NCBI GenBank assembly: GCA_963674945.2
Contig: CAXXWQ010000003.1
Location: 2,272,001 to 2,336,000 of the forward strand
Source: an uncultured Desulfosarcina sp.
GTDB taxonomy: Bacteria; Desulfobacterota; Desulfobacteria; Desulfobacterales; Desulfosarcinaceae
Direction of reading: 5' to 3'
DNA: 64,000 nt
The translations under genes and the position numbers were made by a program. The notes beneath the pieces were generated by a model. It saw only the letters and a list, made by a program, of their open reading frames with translations. It was not told the origin of the DNA and did no database searches. Of the stretch, positions 60,563 through 64,000 are shown piece after piece; within the stretch, counting starts at the first letter, position 1, and each line of letters begins with the position of its first letter.

Positions 60563-61012
60563 ATGTCTGATGGATTGGATGTGATTATTGTCGATGACGA
60601 TCCAATCGTATGTGAACTTATATCTACGACCATAGATCGGTTCTACACGTGGGGAAACGTTTTCTCTTTCACGGATCCGGAGGAAGCAATCACCTATTGC
60701 CGGAATAGAGACATCGGTGTCGCTATTTTCGTGGTGGACGTTTTTTTGGGCGGTGCAAGCGGTTTCTTCTTTTTAGACGCCATCGAGGAAAAGTTTCCCA
60801 CTGCGCATTCCGACGCCGTCATCATTACGGGAAATGCCAGTGATGACATCGTAAACATGTGTGTGGCTTCCAATGTAAACCACCTTTTGGAAAAGCCGGT
60901 CAAACCCTATGCCCTTCAACTGGCGGTCAGGGCAATCGCCGAGAAATACTTGAAATTTGCCAAACGGATATTTCAAGATCCCGATTTCGCCAAAAGCATA
61001 TCCAATTTGTAA
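60563..61012 (+). CDS. Single-domain response regulator
   Basis: IVDDD, VVDVFL, ITG, LEKP. Confidence 0.85.
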   Translation: MSDGLDVIIVDDDPIVCELISTTIDRFYTWGNVFSFTDPEEAITYCRNRDIGVAIFVVDVFLGGASGFFFLDAIEEKFPTAHSDAVIITGNASDDIVNMCVASNVNHLLEKPVKPYALQLAVRAIAEKYLKFAKRIFQDPDFAKSISNL

Positions 61013-61126
61013 CGCAAACCTTATAAACAGGCTTTACGCAAGTGATTTTGGCAATGCCAGAGGGAGGAATCCGTATAACGATACCGCGACGACCGGTAAC
61101 GCGGCCCAAAAGCATTTTCATAAGGC

Positions 61127-61918
61127 TTACAGCAGACCGCGATAATTACCACCATCCACCAAAAGGTTCTGCCCTGTGATATAACGAGCCTGCCGACTGG
61201 CAAGAAAGGCTGCAGCAGCGCCGAAGTCGGATGGATCGCCGATGGTGTTGGTGGGATTTGCCGACATCATCTCTTCAATGATATTTTTGGCATCTTTGCC
61301 CTCCTGGGTGGCGCGGTGGGCCGCCAGCTGTTCGATTCGCGATGTTCTGTGAATTCCTGGGAGCAAGGCGTTTACGGTTATACCATGTGGGGCAAGTTCC
61401 GTGGCGATGGTCTTTAAAAAACCCGTCAATCCGGTTCGTGCCATATTGGAGAGAAGCAGGTTGTCGATGGGCTGTTTGACAGAAATGGAGGTGATGGCGA
61501 TGATTCGCCCCCACCTTCTGGCTTTCATGGCTGGTGTTACACCCTGGATCAGATGAACGGCACTCATCAGATTCAGATCCAGGGCTTTCTGGTATTCCTC
61601 GATCGGTGTGCTCGCATAGGTCCCCGGGGCGGGTCCCCCGGCATTTGTCAGCAGGATTTCCGGATCTCCCAACTTCTCTCTCACCTCTTCCAATAGCCTA
61701 TGGATATCTTCTTTCTTACTCAAGTCTGCAAAAAACCCGGTAACCTTTGCGCCTGTTTGGGCGGAGATTTCTCCCGCAGCGGATTTCACCGAGTCAATGT
61801 TCCGGGAACAGATTGCCACCTGGCACCCCTCGGCGGCCAATTGCTGCGCACACCCTCTTCCCAGTCCTCGACTGGAAGCCGTCACCAACGCAATCTTTCC
61901 TGCAATGCCGAAATCCAT
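61127..61918 (-). CDS. Short-chain dehydrogenase/reductase (atypical SDR)
   Basis: TASSRGLG, TNAGGP, SNMAR in place of YxxxK, VDGG. Confidence 0.9.
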   Translation of the reverse strand: MDFGIAGKIALVTASSRGLGRGCAQQLAAEGCQVAICSRNIDSVKSAAGEISAQTGAKVTGFFADLSKKEDIHRLLEEVREKLGDPEILLTNAGGPAPGTYASTPIEEYQKALDLNLMSAVHLIQGVTPAMKARRWGRIIAITSISVKQPIDNLLLSNMARTGLTGFLKTIATELAPHGITVNALLPGIHRTSRIEQLAAHRATQEGKDAKNIIEEMMSANPTNTIGDPSDFGAAAAFLASRQARYITGQNLLVDGGNYRGLL

Positions 61919-62156
61919 AACGATTCCTCCATGAGATGTATTGTATTGTGCGACTCGCCGATTGAATCGCAGGGTTCAACATGGTAATGGGGACGCCAAG
62001 CGCCATGGGACCATGTGGAAGAAAATAACAACATATAGTTGATTGTCGAGCCGACAGCCATGTTCCGGCAATACCCAAGAAGCATACAGAAGAAAATCCT
62101 GCAGATGACCATACCAATGCGTCAATCCGTTGTTACTGCCAAGGAGCATCGCTGGA

Positions 62157-63322
62157 TGGCAAGGACGGTGGTACTCCTCCTGTGCCTCGTTTTCGCGACC
62201 GCTGCCCGCGGGCAGGATTTCTTTATCTCCTTGACCAAAGATCGCTGGACGGCCGGTCAACGGATCGAGTTTTTACTGTTTCCGGCAAACAGCGAAATGA
62301 GCGAAGATGGCGCTGCACCACCGGATCAGCTGACGTGCATCCTGTCAGACAACGGGCGGACTTATTCCGTTCAGGCCAACAGGGTTGAACCGAAAAACAT
62401 GGACACGATTGATGCGACAAAGACGAAATCCCCATCCCGCTATGCCTTTGATTCACCGGATCGCATCTTTGGGACGGTTCGAATGAAGATTGCCGGAATC
62501 GATTGTCCGCCGATCCTGTTCGATATTGCTGCACAAAAAGAAAGTTCCGCTGCAGAGGCCGACTATACCTCCCTCGACGCATTCTTTGCGCTTTACCAAC
62601 CCTACCTGAAAAACATCGACGCTTATGAACCCATGTACTTTTTGATTGGAACAGAACCGGAGAAAAGCAAATTTCAGATCAGTTTCAAATATCGTTTTTT
62701 CAACCCCGAGTCGGATTTTTCAGTCCGCCATCCCTGGATCAATGGATTGCATTTGGGCTATACGCAGACCTCGTTCTGGGACCTGAATTCCAGTTCCGCT
62801 CCGTTTGAAGACACCAGTTACAAACCGGAACTCTTTTGGTTGTCGAAAAATTTTGTGACAGGTGAAGCGAGCCTAAAAGGCCTGTTTCTCCAGACCGGCG
62901 GGCAGCACGAATCCAATGGTCTCGGCGGGGAAGAGTCCCGGAGCACCAATTATCTTTACGTCAGGCCGGTCTTTATTTTCTATTGGAAACCCTTTCAAAG
63001 CGGACTCCAAGTGGCGCCAAAAGTGTGGGCCTATGTGGGAAATGACAACGAAACCAATGCGGACTTGGATGAATATCAAGGCTATTTTGATCTGGAAGTC
63101 ACAGTGGGAAAACAAAATGGCTTTGTCTTGGCGTCTTCTTTCCGTTGGGCCAAAGAAGGTGCTTCCATATGCCTGGATCTCACCTATCCGTTGCATCGGC
63201 TTTTTTTCAAATCACTGGAAATGTACTTGCATGCGCAATACGCAAATGCGCTGGCAGAACGGTTGATCGCATATGACGAGCGGTCTCACGCCTTCCGTCT
63301 GGGTTTTTCCATCGTGCGCTGA
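62157..63322 (+). CDS. pldA: Outer-membrane phospholipase A (OMPLA) with extra N-terminal domain
   Basis: KFQISFK, GYTQTSFW, SAPFEDTSYKPE, catalytic HESNG, beta-signal-like C-terminus. Signal peptide from ATG 62157; start uncertain. Confidence 0.85.
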
Positions 63323-63548
63323 GCCGTTTCAATAATTGTCGGGAAAAACACCTGTCTGTATCGGTAGCATTTGATCAATTCGGGCTTATTTGTCTCCACG
63401 TATCAGATGGTACCTCCTATCGTCGCTTGTACGGGGCAGAAGTACAGTAACAGCAATTAGATTGACTGGAATATCGCATTATGCAATTCTAGTTTCGATG
63501 TTCTTTTGCATATTGCACGATTCACTTCGTACCGCAAAAACCGATTCC

Positions 63549-64000
63549 ATGGCACCTGAAAAAAAAGACGATGCGCGAGATGTCATTCTCGATTCAATCA
63601 ACGAGGGGGTCTTTACCATCGATATGGATTGGCGCATCACGACATTTAACCGCGCCGCGGAAAGGGCCACTGGAATACCACGCGAAAAGGCTTTGTACCG
63701 TCCCTGCCGTGAGATCTTTCAGGCCAATATCTGCAAAGAAGACTGCGCACTCAATCGAACCTTTACAACCGGAAAGCCGATCGTCAACACCAACGCGTTT
63801 ATCACAAATTGCCATGGCCAGCGCGTCCCCATCCGTGTTTCCACCGCCATCATTAAAAACGAAGCAGGGAAGATCGTCGGTGGTGTGGAAACCTTTCAGG
63901 ATCTCAGCCAGCTCGAGCTGCTCCAGAAACAACTTCGCAGCATTTATACCTTTGAGGACATTATCGGCCATAGCTCGGAGATGCGACAGTTGTTCGAAAT
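63549..64000 (+). CDS. PAS-domain sigma-54-interacting regulator, 3'-truncated by the window edge
   Basis: MAPEKKDDARDVILDSINEGVFTID...FNRAAE...GGVETFQDL...FEDIIGHSSEM, open to the window end; absent from the ORF track. Confidence 0.85.
   Translation, partial: MAPEKKDDARDVILDSINEGVFTIDMDWRITTFNRAAERATGIPREKALYRPCREIFQANICKEDCALNRTFTTGKPIVNTNAFITNCHGQRVPIRVSTAIIKNEAGKIVGGVETFQDLSQLELLQKQLRSIYTFEDIIGHSSEMRQLFE

Noticed and set aside
61975..62020. GGGACGCCAAGC inside a hairpin, resembling a c-di-GMP-I riboswitch core
   Set aside because: It lacks the GAAA tetraloop stem and the exact GCAAA motif. An Infernal/Rfam scan would be needed to rescue it.

Overview
This is a 64-kb bacterial chromosomal window. 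The gene content and protein style suggest a sulfate-reducing deltaproteobacterium (Desulfobacterales, Desulfosarcina-like); this is inference, not a database result. Left to right: (1) the 3' end of uvrC and mdh; (2) a signalling operon with an MglA-type small GTPase, no adjacent MglB, flanked by TPR/PilZ-like, DUF4388-cNMP and PilZ genes; (3) purC coupled to an orphan ParB-like gene; (4) an acetate cassette: TetR, acs, a sodium:solute symporter, an unannotated 28-aa membrane peptide, a Zn-ribbon membrane protein, a receiver, and a membrane PAS/pseudo-HisKA/DEDDh-exonuclease fusion; (5) an SplB-like radical SAM gene coupled to a thermonuclease; (6) housekeeping genes (EF-G paralog, tlyA, dxs, ispA, xseB, xseA, BI-1, glmM, an acetyltransferase-only GlmU-like gene); (7) a ~30-kb surface-glycan locus (28.7-58.1 kb) with Wzx and Wzm/Wzt exporters, multidomain glycosyltransferases, two sulfotransferase domains, WcbI, and sqdB placed just upstream of a GtrB/GtrA/GT-C cassette, split from it by an intact IS1380-family element (14-bp TIRs, TAATA target duplication); (8) comEA, sigma-54 regulators, an SDR and an outer-membrane phospholipase A. 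The best candidates for undescribed systems are the sqdB-Gtr cassette (possible extracytoplasmic sulfoquinovosylation of a glycan), the acetate cassette with an exonuclease as signal output, and the MglB-less MglA module. I saw no rRNA, tRNA or CRISPR array.
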